Shown in pieces: positions 1-9,559 of a stretch of 64,000 bases of DNA (its first letter is position 1; every line of letters begins with the position of its first letter). The position numbers were made by a program, and so were the translations under genes. Source of the DNA: Nitrospirota bacterium (GTDB taxonomy: Bacteria; Nitrospirota; UBA9217); contig CAWIYV010000007.1 of NCBI GenBank assembly GCA_963840455.1, forward strand, positions 384,001-448,000, given 5' to 3'. The notes under the pieces were generated by a model. That model ran no database searches. It saw nothing but the letters and a program-made list of their open reading frames with translations, and was not told where the DNA came from.

Positions 1-1347
1 GTCCTCTCCGGAGATGAAAGCCTCAAGGGCTGGCTCCACGCGAACCTCCAGGACCATGTCGTTGCGGATATCGAAAAGATCCGGCAGGACGTTCAGGCGA
101 AGTACAACAACTCGCTGGGCTATCTGATCAACCAGCGCAGGATCAAGAAGGCCGACGAGATCCTCGCGCAGGTGCTGGACCTGCACGAGGCCGGGAAGGG
201 ATCTGCCATTGCGTTCCACATTGGCAAATGGTCAATGCATCCCGTCTATGGCCTGCCGATCCTGTTCGCGGTGCTCTACGTTGTCTATCAGTTCGTCGGC
301 GTCTTTGGCGCGGGAACTGCAGTCAATTTTCTGGAAAAAACGGTCTTCGGAGAATATCTGAATCCATGGATGACGAAGATCGTTCACTTCATCGTTCCGG
401 TTCCCTTTCTCCAAGAGCTCCTGATAGGCGACTACGGTCTGTTCACCATGGCGATCACCTACGCCATCGCCATTGTTCTTCCTATCGTCGGATTCTTCTT
501 TATCGCATTCAGCATCCTGGAAGACTCCGGCTATCTCCCCCGGCTGGCAGTCATGGTGAACAAGGTGTTCAAGATCATGGGATTGAACGGAAAGGCAGTG
601 CTGCCCATGATACTCGGCTTGGGCTGCGATACCATGGCCACCCTCACGACCCGCATCCTGGAAACAAAAAAAGAGCGGATCCTGGTGACGCTTCTCCTGG
701 CCCTCGGCGTGCCCTGCTCCGCCCAGCTCGGCGTTATCCTCGGACTGGTGGCAGGGCTCTCCGTACTGGCCATGGGCATCTGGGTATTCACACTCATATC
801 GATGATGCTTCTCGTCGGGTATCTTGCGGCAAAGGTCATCCCCGGTGAGCCGTCGGACTTTGTTCTCGAGCTGCCTCCGATCCGTGTGCCGCAACTTGCG
901 AACATCCTGGTCAAGACCCTCGCCCGCGTTCAATGGTATTTAAAAGAGGCGGTACCCCTCTTCATCCTCGGTACCTTCATCCTGTTCGTAGGGCATAAAA
1001 TCGGGGCCCTTGCGTATATCCAAAAGATCACCGACCCGATCGTGGTGAATTTCCTTGGATTGCCGAGCCGGGCCGCAGAGGCATTTGTGATCGGGTTCCT
1101 GCGACGGGATTACGGCGCTGCCGGGCTTTTTATGCTTGCCAAAGAAGGGCTGCTCGATCCCATTCAGATCGTGGTCAGTCTCACGGTAATGACCCTGTTC
1201 GTGCCCTGCATCGCGAACTTTTTCATGATGGTGAAGGAGCGGGGATTGAGAACGGCGCTGTATATGTCTGCGTTCATATTTCCCTTTGCCTTCGGCGTGG
1301 GTGGAGCGTTGAACTGGCTGCTCAGGACGTTCAATGTTGCATTGTAG
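1..1347 (+). CDS. feoB: Ferrous iron transporter B, 3' part (5'-truncated by window)
   Basis: Open frame from base 1; gate motifs LEDSGYLPRLA, LGLGCD, GVPCSAQ, FVLELPP, LFVPCIA. Confidence 0.93.
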   Translation, partial: VLSGDESLKGWLHANLQDHVVADIEKIRQDVQAKYNNSLGYLINQRRIKKADEILAQVLDLHEAGKGSAIAFHIGKWSMHPVYGLPILFAVLYVVYQFVGVFGAGTAVNFLEKTVFGEYLNPWMTKIVHFIVPVPFLQELLIGDYGLFTMAITYAIAIVLPIVGFFFIAFSILEDSGYLPRLAVMVNKVFKIMGLNGKAVLPMILGLGCDTMATLTTRILETKKERILVTLLLALGVPCSAQLGVILGLVAGLSVLAMGIWVFTLISMMLLVGYLAAKVIPGEPSDFVLELPPIRVPQLANILVKTLARVQWYLKEAVPLFILGTFILFVGHKIGALAYIQKITDPIVVNFLGLPSRAAEAFVIGFLRRDYGAAGLFMLAKEGLLDPIQIVVSLTVMTLFVPCIANFFMMVKERGLRTALYMSAFIFPFAFGVGGALNWLLRTFNVAL

Positions 1348-1385
1348 CAAGTGGTACATTTGACGAGAGACGGGAGGTGGGCATT

Positions 1386-2096
1386 ATGGCTGAAAAGAAA
1401 AGATTTCGCGGAGGAGAGGGACAAGCCGGACATCCGGCCCTGTGCGTTTTACCCGAAGTCGAGAAAGAAGATGAGGTTCTGGAGGTGCTGTGGACTCTCA
1501 GGGAAGAGGGAATGCTGAAATGGGATAATATACTTCAGAGTTGTCAAATCGATGGCTGTGAAGAAGTCCTGAGAGGACTTGACAAGAACGGATGGATCGA
1601 CGTAAAGGATCAGGTCGTTGAACTGCTCCCGAAAGGCGAGAAGAGGGCGAGAGAACTCGTTCGGCGGCACCGGCTGTCACTACGAATGTTTTTTGACCTG
1701 TTCGCCCTGGATGGCGCCGAGGCGGAGGCCTGCAAGTTCGAGCATATATTGTCGCCCGAGGTAACGGACAGCGTATGTACCCTGCTCGGCCATCCGCCTA
1801 ACTCTCCGGACGGCAAGCCCATTCCCCGGGGCGAATGTTGCGCTATGTTCCGGCAGGAAATGAAGCCGCTCGTGGCCCCGCTAGCCGATCTGTCACCTGG
1901 AGATCAAGCCAAAATTGTATTCATCACACCGGGTTCCCACTCGCGACTCGACCGGCTATCTGCCATGGGTGTTGTGCCCGGCAGTATCGTGAAACTTCAT
2001 CAGAAGAAGCCATCTTACGTGATCCAGCTCGGCGAGACCATGATCGCCGTAGACAAGGACATTACGAAGGAGATCTTCGTAAAGAAGGTGAAGTAA
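1386..2096 (+). CDS. DtxR/MntR-family metal-dependent regulator with C-terminal FeoA domain
   Basis: ELVRRHRL...EACKFEHILS...HPPNSPDGKPIP motif, followed by FeoA-like RLSAMGVVPG; directly after feoB. Confidence 0.85.
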   Translation: MAEKKRFRGGEGQAGHPALCVLPEVEKEDEVLEVLWTLREEGMLKWDNILQSCQIDGCEEVLRGLDKNGWIDVKDQVVELLPKGEKRARELVRRHRLSLRMFFDLFALDGAEAEACKFEHILSPEVTDSVCTLLGHPPNSPDGKPIPRGECCAMFRQEMKPLVAPLADLSPGDQAKIVFITPGSHSRLDRLSAMGVVPGSIVKLHQKKPSYVIQLGETMIAVDKDITKEIFVKKVK

Positions 2097-2463
2097 GTGG
2101 AGCGTGCTGATCATGTCATTTCGCCAGGTATTTCCGTTAAGCTTTCACCGAGGGATTTTTTAATGTTTGGTTTCCTACAAGCACCCCCAACGATAATATC
2201 AACATCCCTGCCGCTGCCGCTTCAATGATGACACGGTTCACGCTTATCAACGGTATCCAGCGAAATTCACGTAGCATCGTTTGTTAAGATATCAGGAGAC
2301 GGTCGCCCCCGGCAAGCCGGACAAGACCCGGTTCCCGTGAACGTCAGGCAAATCTTGACAAAGAGAGAGTCTTAGGTATACTTGACACCATATCCAGTAA
2401 GCATGTTAATCAATAGGGCCGGTCTTGATAGATAACAGCAACTGATCACGGTGGACAAAAACA

Positions 2464-2844
2464 ATGAAGACCATTCTACTCGTCGATGATGAATTAGAGA
2501 TCCTGAAGAGCCTTGGGGAGATTCTGACCCGGTTCGGGTACCAGGTGATCGCCAAACAGGCGGCGCAAGAGGCATTGGCCTCAGTGAAGGATGGGGCGAA
2601 TATCGACCTGGTGATCACAGACTACCGGATGCCGGGTATGGATGGCCTCGAATTCCTGAACGCTCTCCGACAGATGGATCCGTCGGTTCCGGTGATCATG
2701 TTGACGGCATACGGCGCGGTAGAGTCCTACCTCAAATCGTTGAGCCTTGGCGTTTTCGAATACGTCAATAAACCGATCAAAGCAAAAGATCTCGGCAGGA
2801 TCGTGCAGGCTGCGATCAATTCCGCGGAGCCGACAGGAACATAG
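2464..2844 (+). CDS. Single-domain response regulator
   Basis: ILLVDDE, ITDYRMPGMDG, MLTAYG, VNKP. Confidence 0.92.
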   Translation: MKTILLVDDELEILKSLGEILTRFGYQVIAKQAAQEALASVKDGANIDLVITDYRMPGMDGLEFLNALRQMDPSVPVIMLTAYGAVESYLKSLSLGVFEYVNKPIKAKDLGRIVQAAINSAEPTGT

Positions 2845-2961
2845 CGGGCCCATCAACGCGCCGACCTGCTGCGGGGAAATATTCTGAAAGAAGCCATGGC
2901 CCTGTGTCCCGGGGAAAAACGGGTTTGACAGGCTATGCCTTTTATGATTAAATAGCCACCA

Positions 2962-3492
2962 ATGAATGCGGACACATCAGGCTTCAAATTGCATGACATC
3001 CTTCTTCTGATCGGGATGGAAGGTCGAACGGGCGAGCTTGTCGTGGAGTCGGGGAACAATATCGGCACGCTTCTGTTCCAGGACGGAAAGATCCTGCTTG
3101 CCTTCTCGCCCTATACCCGTGCGATCGGAGATCTTCTTGTCGAGCAGGGGGCGGTCACCGACGCCGAGCTCCTGGATGTCCTGAAGCAACAGATGACCGG
3201 TCCCCATACACCCGTAGGGGCGCTGCTTCTCAAGACCGGCAAGGTCACGTTCAAGATCATCGAAGCTATGGTCCAGGAACAGATCCGGAGGGCGGTGAAG
3301 GATTTCAGCACATGGAGCCCGCTCGAGTTTATTTTTGTCCGGAAGGATGTCCGATCGTTCGACAGTATCCATCTCCCGGTGTATGAGTTCATCCCCCACG
3401 ATGCCGTAAAGGCCTCGCTGGACTTCGTTGCCGGAATGGCGAACGTCCTCGGCACATCCGCTGCGATGACCGCTCCGGTCTCCAACCCGTAG
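2962..3492 (+). CDS. DUF4388/PatA-N-like domain protein
   Basis: L..ILLLIGMEGRTGELVV...GTLLFQDGKI and IGDLLVEQGAVT pattern. Confidence 0.65.
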   Translation: MNADTSGFKLHDILLLIGMEGRTGELVVESGNNIGTLLFQDGKILLAFSPYTRAIGDLLVEQGAVTDAELLDVLKQQMTGPHTPVGALLLKTGKVTFKIIEAMVQEQIRRAVKDFSTWSPLEFIFVRKDVRSFDSIHLPVYEFIPHDAVKASLDFVAGMANVLGTSAAMTAPVSNP

Positions 3493-3519
3493 TACGCTCG
3501 TGCTCCTACCGCTCGTTCT

Positions 3520-4065
3520 CTACTCACCGCGCAACGTCGTACGCAGTTTTTCCCTCGCCTTGTTGAACAGATCGCGACTGTATTGAGAACGGAAATCAGG
3601 ATAGGTGTGGTCGACCGCAATGTAGGTTCCGCTGTTCTTCGAATAGTGGAGCGTCGATTCCGCATAGATGCCCTCGCCGATATAGATCCGGTGGGGAAAG
3701 TCCTTGGTGGTCGCCAGAACGACCTTCGCCTCCGTAATGTATCCCGGGTCAAGGTTGACCGCCCGCTGAGATGTCGATACGGTCATGCGGGAAAGCTCTT
3801 CTTCGAGATGCATGCTATGAAGCTTGATGCGGGAAAGGTCTCCGGGGTCGATCAGGCGTTCGAAGAAGATAAACATCCTGCGCAGATCCGTCCCCATCTC
3901 ATCCCGGTAATAGTCGGTATGTTCCCATCGTAGGACCTCGCTCCGTATGTCCACCGGTCCAAAGGTGCCGGCGAGACGTTCGGCGCACGTTTGGAAAAGT
4001 CCGGGGTTCTGGGATATCATACCAATGAAGAGCTTGGCCGGTATTGGCGCATGAAGCTTGCCCAT
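3520..4065 (-). CDS. DUF4416 family protein
   Basis: HTDYYRDEMG, RAVNLDPGYI, LATTKDFPHRIYIGEGIYAE, YPDF. Confidence 0.8.
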   Translation of the reverse strand: MGKLHAPIPAKLFIGMISQNPGLFQTCAERLAGTFGPVDIRSEVLRWEHTDYYRDEMGTDLRRMFIFFERLIDPGDLSRIKLHSMHLEEELSRMTVSTSQRAVNLDPGYITEAKVVLATTKDFPHRIYIGEGIYAESTLHYSKNSGTYIAVDHTYPDFRSQYSRDLFNKAREKLRTTLRGE

Positions 4066-4070
4066 GGACC

Positions 4071-4985
4071 TTACGGCTGCAGAAAGGAGGCCAGTCCGCC
4101 GGCGCCGGTGAGGGGAAGCTCCAGTTCAACCTCGACCTTACCTCCGTCCATGTCCCGTTCCGCCGCTATGCGGTATCCCTGGAGGTATCCCTGGAGCTTT
4201 TGAGCAAATGTTCCTTCGCCGAAGGACTCGGTGAGCCTCTGTCCGGGGCCCACGTTGATCAGTTCGACAATCCTGAGGAGGTTGCGTTCCGCGTCGGCAA
4301 CGGCGGCCCGCTTTGCCATCTCGCGCCTGATGGTCGGTGTGGGCGCCTGTTTGGGAGGAAAGCCGATGCCGCGTGCGCGTGCTTTACCTGTGCTCCAGTC
4401 GATGCCTTCGATCGCGGTGATATAGAGCATGCGGATATCCTGGGTCGTCCTCCGGTCGTCCGACACGCCGATGGCGATGGAATTGTCCGCGTATCCCGGC
4501 GAGCTGACCTGCAGGGTGTAGCGTCCCGCCGGAAGTCCCTCGAACTCGTACTTCCCATCGGCGCTCGTGTTGACCGCTGCCCGTTCGATGCCTTCAGCGA
4601 GGAGCACGACGTGATTTCCCGTGCCCGTTGCCAGGATCTTGCCCGTTATGCTGCCGGTGCCTTTTGGCACAGCAAGAGAGATAGGTGCTAGGGATGTCGT
4701 TTCGCCGGATCTTACGACGATCCCGGACAGTGTCAGGGGATAGGGGGACGACGGAGCCGTCACCTTTATCTCATAAGTGCCGGCCGGGAGAACGATCCGG
4801 AACCTGCCATCCTGCGTCCCAGCGTCCGCCTGAGCTAAGGTCCTCCCCTGCAGCAGCGCGACAATGCGGATGCCTGCTCCGGCCGGCGAGACTTGGCCTT
4901 CAACAGTCCCATCTTTCCTGCCGGGACAGGCGGTAAGGACAAGAAGCGAAAGAAGAATAAGACCGGTGATGCGGAAACTGCGCAT
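4071..4985 (-). CDS. Lipoprotein with two carboxypeptidase-regulatory-like domains and an LPP20-like C-terminus
   Basis: Lipobox LTAC; repeated DG.F/Y....LPAG.Y.L.V..PGY; MAKRAAVADAERNL. Confidence 0.65.
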   Translation of the reverse strand: MRSFRITGLILLSLLVLTACPGRKDGTVEGQVSPAGAGIRIVALLQGRTLAQADAGTQDGRFRIVLPAGTYEIKVTAPSSPYPLTLSGIVVRSGETTSLAPISLAVPKGTGSITGKILATGTGNHVVLLAEGIERAAVNTSADGKYEFEGLPAGRYTLQVSSPGYADNSIAIGVSDDRRTTQDIRMLYITAIEGIDWSTGKARARGIGFPPKQAPTPTIRREMAKRAAVADAERNLLRIVELINVGPGQRLTESFGEGTFAQKLQGYLQGYRIAAERDMDGGKVEVELELPLTGAGGLASFLQP

Positions 4986-5082
4986 GGCGACCTCCCGACG
5001 TAAATTTTGAGAAGTATAGCATAAATTATACCCTCGGTCACTTGACCTAATTTATAGGATTAATACGGTCCGGTATTATCCC

Positions 5083-5110
5083 TTGACAATATCGTACGGT
5101 TTGCTATAGT
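5083..5110 (+). promoter_or_regulatory. Sigma70 promoter of the rrf2-cco operon (probably leaderless)
   Basis: TTGACA-N16-TATAGT with extended -10 TG; ATG 6 nt downstream, no SD. Confidence 0.7.
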
Positions 5111-5116
5111 AAACAC

Positions 5117-5524
5117 ATGCAGCTGACTCGTGAAGGTGATTACGGAATTCGCAGCGTACTCTATCTGGCACGGCAACCGTACAAGAAGATCAGTTTCGTT
5201 ACCGAGATCTCGGAAGAGTACAAGATCCCGCGTAGTTTCCTCGCGAAAATCCTCCAGAAACTGGTGAAAGCCAAGATCGTCCGGTCCTATCGAGGCGTGA
5301 AAGGGGGGTTTTCCCTTGCCCGCCAGGCAAAGGACATCTCGGTCCTCGATGTGCTCGAAGCGATCGAGGGCAGGCTCGCGATGAACATCTGCCTGGCTGA
5401 CAAGAAGAAATGCGACTTTTCCCGCAACTGTCCGATCCATTCGGTTTGGGCCAGCGTACAGTCAAAGGTCGTCGAAGTTTTAAAAAAGTCGAATTTCGAG
5501 GACCTTTCCCGTCATAAGAATTAA
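5117..5524 (+). CDS. Rrf2-family Fe-S transcriptional regulator
   Basis: GDYGIR, LAKILQKL, SYRGVKGGFSLA; C-x6-C-x5-C-x2-H ligand set. Confidence 0.92.
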   Translation: MQLTREGDYGIRSVLYLARQPYKKISFVTEISEEYKIPRSFLAKILQKLVKAKIVRSYRGVKGGFSLARQAKDISVLDVLEAIEGRLAMNICLADKKKCDFSRNCPIHSVWASVQSKVVEVLKKSNFEDLSRHKN

Positions 5525-5572
5525 ATCACCGAGATCGCCCGCTCAATCCCACCGTAACGAGGAAACCGGCAT

Positions 5573-6970
5573 ATGGCAAACGAGATCAAGTATGAGTACG
5601 ATGCAATTAAAGGTTTCGCTGTTTCATCGCTCTTCTGGGCGATCGTCGGGCTGCTCGTCGGGATCCTCATATCGATCCAGCTTGTATATCCCCAACTCAA
5701 TCTCACTTCGTGGCTGACCTACGGAAGGCTGCGTCCGATCCACACGAATGCGCTGATCTATGGATTCACGGTTCCCGCAGCATTCAGCATGTTCTTCTTT
5801 CTGGTCCAGCGGCTGGGGAGGGTCCCGCTGGCATTTCCCGGACTCGCGAGATTCACCCTTTACTTCTTCAACATCGCGATCGTCCTGGCGGCCCTATCTC
5901 TTTTCGCCGGCATGAGCCAGAGCAAGGAATACTCGGAACTTGAATGGCCTCTGGATGTCGGCGTCGTCGTTCTCTGGGTATTGTTTTCCATCAATATCAT
6001 CGCTACGATCATGAAACGGAAGGAAGAGCAGATGTATGTGTCGCTCTGGTATATCCTCGCCACGGTTGTCGGCGTTGCGATCGTGTACATCGGCAACAAT
6101 ATTTCGGTCCCCGTGTCCCTGTTCAAATCGTACTCTGCGTACGCCGGCGCCAATGACGCCAATGTCCAATGGTGGTTTGGACATAACGCCGTAGCCTTCG
6201 TGTTCACCACAATCCCGCTTGCGGTATTCTATTATGTTCTTCCCAAGACCACCGGAGTGCCGCTCTACAGCCACCGGCTTTCCATCATTGGATTCTGGTC
6301 CCTCGTATTCGCCTACCTCTGGACCGGCGCACACCATCTCATCTATACGCCGCTGCCGGACTGGATCCAGACCGTGGCGATCTCCTTCAGTATCTTTCTG
6401 ATCGCGCCGTCGTGGGCCTCGGTGATCAATGGTTACGGGACCATGGGCGGCCAATGGGAACAGATGCGGAGCAACTATCTCATCAAGTTCGTCATCCTGG
6501 GCATCACCTTCTACGGCCTCCAGACCATCCAGGGACCCAGCCAGGCGATCCGCTCCTTCAGCGCGTTGGTCCACTTCACGGATTGGGTCCCCGGCCATGT
6601 GCACATGGGCACCATGGGCTGGGTGACCATGACCCTGTCGGTCGGATTCTATTATATGCTGCCGCGGATCTATAACACAGAGATCTATAGCATCAAGCTC
6701 GCAAACGTGCACTTTTGGCTCGTACTCATCGGTCAGCTCATCTACTCCGTGACCATGTGGATCACCGGCATCCGGCAGGGCGCCATGTGGCAGGCCCTGA
6801 GCGCCGACGGGAGCCTGACCTACCCCAATTTCATACAGACACTGACGCCCAATTATCCCTTCTGGAACATGAGAACGATGGGCGGGCTCATTTTTTTCGC
6901 CGGATTCCTGGTGTTCGTGTTCAACATCTATAAGACCATCAAGCATGCTCCTGCTCCGCAAAAGGCATAA
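5573..6970 (+). CDS. ccoN: cbb3-type cytochrome c oxidase subunit I
   Basis: YGRLRPIHTN, SKEYSELEW, QWWFGHNAV, YLWTGAHH, HFTDW..GHVH. Confidence 0.95.
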   Translation: MANEIKYEYDAIKGFAVSSLFWAIVGLLVGILISIQLVYPQLNLTSWLTYGRLRPIHTNALIYGFTVPAAFSMFFFLVQRLGRVPLAFPGLARFTLYFFNIAIVLAALSLFAGMSQSKEYSELEWPLDVGVVVLWVLFSINIIATIMKRKEEQMYVSLWYILATVVGVAIVYIGNNISVPVSLFKSYSAYAGANDANVQWWFGHNAVAFVFTTIPLAVFYYVLPKTTGVPLYSHRLSIIGFWSLVFAYLWTGAHHLIYTPLPDWIQTVAISFSIFLIAPSWASVINGYGTMGGQWEQMRSNYLIKFVILGITFYGLQTIQGPSQAIRSFSALVHFTDWVPGHVHMGTMGWVTMTLSVGFYYMLPRIYNTEIYSIKLANVHFWLVLIGQLIYSVTMWITGIRQGAMWQALSADGSLTYPNFIQTLTPNYPFWNMRTMGGLIFFAGFLVFVFNIYKTIKHAPAPQKA

Positions 6971-7002
6971 GAACGAACCGAGAAGGGACCAAGGAGACAG
7001 AC

Positions 7003-7575
7003 ATGAACGTTGATAAGAAACCCGTAACCTTCATGATCCTGGCCGTGCTCGCCATCCTGGCGGGTACGCTTATCACGACCTTCATTCCTCTCTTTATCGG
7101 CACGGTCAATCCTTCCACGAAGAACGTGATACCCTATAATCCCCTCGAACTGGAAGGGCGGGATATTTACATCCGGGAAGGATGCAATAACTGTCATACC
7201 CAGACCGTCCGTCCGCTCGAGTTCGAGACCAAGCGCTACGGGAGCTATTCCCAGCTCGAGGACTCGGCCATCGACCGGCCTCACCTGTGGGGATCCAAGA
7301 GAACAGGCCCGGACCTCGCCCGTGTGGGCCGGAAGTATCCAGCTGCCTGGCATTATATGCACATGAAGAGCCCCCAGAGCATGTACGCTCAATCGAACAT
7401 GCCGTCCTATGCATGGCTCGCAGACAGCAAGCTCGATGGCCGCTACACCGAAAAGAAGATGAAGGTCCTGGGATATCCCTATTCGACAGAGGACCTGAAG
7501 GCACTGGACGGCAAGACCGAGATGGACGCCCTGGTCGCCTACCTCCTGCGATTGGGCAAGGAGCTGAGGTCGTGA
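7003..7575 (+). CDS. ccoO: cbb3 oxidase subunit II (monoheme)
   Basis: GRDIYIREGCNNCHTQ, WGSKRTGPDLARVG, SNMPSY. Confidence 0.95.
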   Translation: MNVDKKPVTFMILAVLAILAGTLITTFIPLFIGTVNPSTKNVIPYNPLELEGRDIYIREGCNNCHTQTVRPLEFETKRYGSYSQLEDSAIDRPHLWGSKRTGPDLARVGRKYPAAWHYMHMKSPQSMYAQSNMPSYAWLADSKLDGRYTEKKMKVLGYPYSTEDLKALDGKTEMDALVAYLLRLGKELRS

Positions 7576-7718
7576 TGTCATTGAAGGCGTGGATCTATTT
7601 TGGATTTACGGCGCTGTTGACAGCGGTACTGGCGGGGCTCATGGTCTACCTGTTCCGGAGCAAGCGGAAAGAAAAGGTAGAGGCGCCGAAATACCGCATG
7701 CTGGAAGACGAGGATTAA
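7575..7718 (+). CDS. ccoQ: cbb3 oxidase subunit CcoQ-like (47 aa)
   Basis: ATG overlaps the ccoO stop (TGATG); single TM then EAPKYRMLEDED; correct operon position. Confidence 0.75.
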   Translation: MSLKAWIYFGFTALLTAVLAGLMVYLFRSKRKEKVEAPKYRMLEDED

Positions 7719-7739
7719 CTCAAGGATGAGGAGCCTGCC

Positions 7740-8222
7740 ATGTCCGAATATGACGGCATAACGGAACGCGAGGAAGGCAAAAAAAAGATGCCTCTCGGCA
7801 TGACGGTCCTGTTCATGGGCCTGATCATCTGCGGGCTTGTCTATATGTATCTGTTCATGCCCCAGACCACCGGCTGGTCGCAGGCAGGCCGGTACGAAGC
7901 GAAGATGAAGGCCCGGGAAGCCGCCATTACCGGTCAACCGAAGGCTGATGTGCATCCGGAAACGGAACATCAGCAGATGGTCTCGGCGGAACAAGGGAAA
8001 GAGGTCTATGCTGCCGAGTGCGCTGTCTGCCACGGAGCAAACCTTGAAGGGGGCATCGGACCGGCCCTCAAAGGCCCGAAGTTCAAATACGGAGCTACAC
8101 TGAAAGACCATGCCCGCGTAATTGCCAAGGGGACCCAGGAAGGTATGCCGGGATTCGAGCAATTGGGCGCAGGGAAGATCCAGAGCGTTGCAGCGTATAT
8201 CCACACAAGTCATCAGCATTAA
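7740..8222 (+). CDS. ccoP: Short monoheme CcoP-like subunit III
   Basis: YDGITE...MP N-terminus, one TM, single CAVCH heme motif, GMP axial Met. Confidence 0.8.
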   Translation: MSEYDGITEREEGKKKMPLGMTVLFMGLIICGLVYMYLFMPQTTGWSQAGRYEAKMKAREAAITGQPKADVHPETEHQQMVSAEQGKEVYAAECAVCHGANLEGGIGPALKGPKFKYGATLKDHARVIAKGTQEGMPGFEQLGAGKIQSVAAYIHTSHQH

Positions 8223-8255
8223 TCTGCTGATGACCATGATCAGGTTACGAGAGCG

Positions 8256-8290
8256 CGGGTCAGGCATGAAGGTGCCTGACCCGTTTTGTT
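8256..8290 (+). terminator. Intrinsic terminator between ccoP and ccoG
   Basis: CGGGTCAGGCA-N6-TGCCTGACCCG followed by TTTTGTT. Confidence 0.7.
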
Positions 8291-8307
8291 GAGAGGCGGG
8301 GATCGTC

Positions 8308-9558
8308 ATGACATTCAGGACGTACCGATCAAAGCGCTGGCTGGTTCTATGGCTGCAGGCGGCTATCATGATCGCTCTTCCTTTCATCAAGGTCCGCGGT
8401 CAGAGCGCGCTTCGCTTCGACGTTGCCACGCTCAAGCTCTACTTCTTCGGGTCGGCCATCTGGATCAGCGAGGCCTATTTTTTCCTCCTGGTCTTCCTGA
8501 TGTTCGCCGTCGGGGTCATGCTGTTCACGGTGCTCTATGGTCGGATCTGGTGTGGTTGGGCCTGTCCCCAGACGACGCTCTCGGACCTCGCGCGAAAGAT
8601 CGAAATGATCACCTCGTGGATGAGCGGACACCCCGCTGTGCGCGGGTTGCTGTCCCACGGGCTGCTGTTGCTATTCTCGTGCTTGGTTGCTGTCACCCTT
8701 ATCGGATACTTCGTTTCTCCCTATGATCTTCTCAACGATGTCCTGTCCCGGTCGATCGGTCCCTGGACCTTCTGGTCCTGGATATTTTTTTCGTCCCTCA
8801 TTTACCTGAACCTGGCGTTCGTGCGCCAGCGGTTCTGCGCGACCGTCTGTCCCTATGCCCGGTTCCAGAGCGCCTTCTTTGATGACCATACGCTTACCAT
8901 CGCCTTTGATCCCTCGCGGGAAGATGAATGCATGGGGTGCGAAGCCTGTGTGAGGACCTGTCCAGCGGGGATCGACATCCGGGACGGTATACAGATAGCG
9001 TGCATCAACTGCGCCGAGTGCATCGATTCCTGCTCTCTCCAGCGGCAGCGGTACGGGAAGGATACGCTGGTCCGGTATGCCCGGGGAACGGCAAAGCAGG
9101 ACGAACAGCAAGGAACGCGGCCGCGCGTCCTGTGGTTGTCGCTGCTCTTCGCGGTCATGGGCGTCATGCTGGTGTACCAGATCGCGATCAGGGTGCCTGT
9201 TGATTTCTGGGTGCTCAGGGACGTTAAGCAGCCCTACCACCAGGTCGGTTTTCAAGGCAGCATACTGAATGCATACGATCTTATCATCGAGAACCGAAGC
9301 CTCTCTCCGGAGACCTACCAGCTGAGCGTATCTGGCATCAAGAACGCGGAACTGGTCCTGCGGGGAAACCCGTTCATGGTCCCGGCGAACAGTTCCGTGA
9401 CCATGCGGATCTATGTTTTCGCGGCGAGAAAAGATGTTATCGAACGGGTCACCCGTCTCAGCTTTACCCTGATGAACACATCCCGCCGGGAGATCAGAGC
9501 CGTACAGGAGGCCCCGTTCGTCTATCCCGAACGTTCGGACAAGGGAGTGGAGATCTGA
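8308..9558 (+). CDS. ccoG: CcoG/FixG 4Fe-4S accessory protein (cupric reductase family)
   Basis: GRIWCGWACPQT, FCATVCPYARFQ, CMGCEACVRTCPAGIDIRDG..CINCAECIDSC. Confidence 0.92.
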   Translation: MTFRTYRSKRWLVLWLQAAIMIALPFIKVRGQSALRFDVATLKLYFFGSAIWISEAYFFLLVFLMFAVGVMLFTVLYGRIWCGWACPQTTLSDLARKIEMITSWMSGHPAVRGLLSHGLLLLFSCLVAVTLIGYFVSPYDLLNDVLSRSIGPWTFWSWIFFSSLIYLNLAFVRQRFCATVCPYARFQSAFFDDHTLTIAFDPSREDECMGCEACVRTCPAGIDIRDGIQIACINCAECIDSCSLQRQRYGKDTLVRYARGTAKQDEQQGTRPRVLWLSLLFAVMGVMLVYQIAIRVPVDFWVLRDVKQPYHQVGFQGSILNAYDLIIENRSLSPETYQLSVSGIKNAELVLRGNPFMVPANSSVTMRIYVFAARKDVIERVTRLSFTLMNTSRREIRAVQEAPFVYPERSDKGVEI

Positions 9559-9559
9559 T

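Noticed and set aside
5573-6970. Nitric oxide reductase instead of oxidase
   Set aside because: The cross-link Tyr and the ccoOQP-GIS context indicate a C-family O2 reductase
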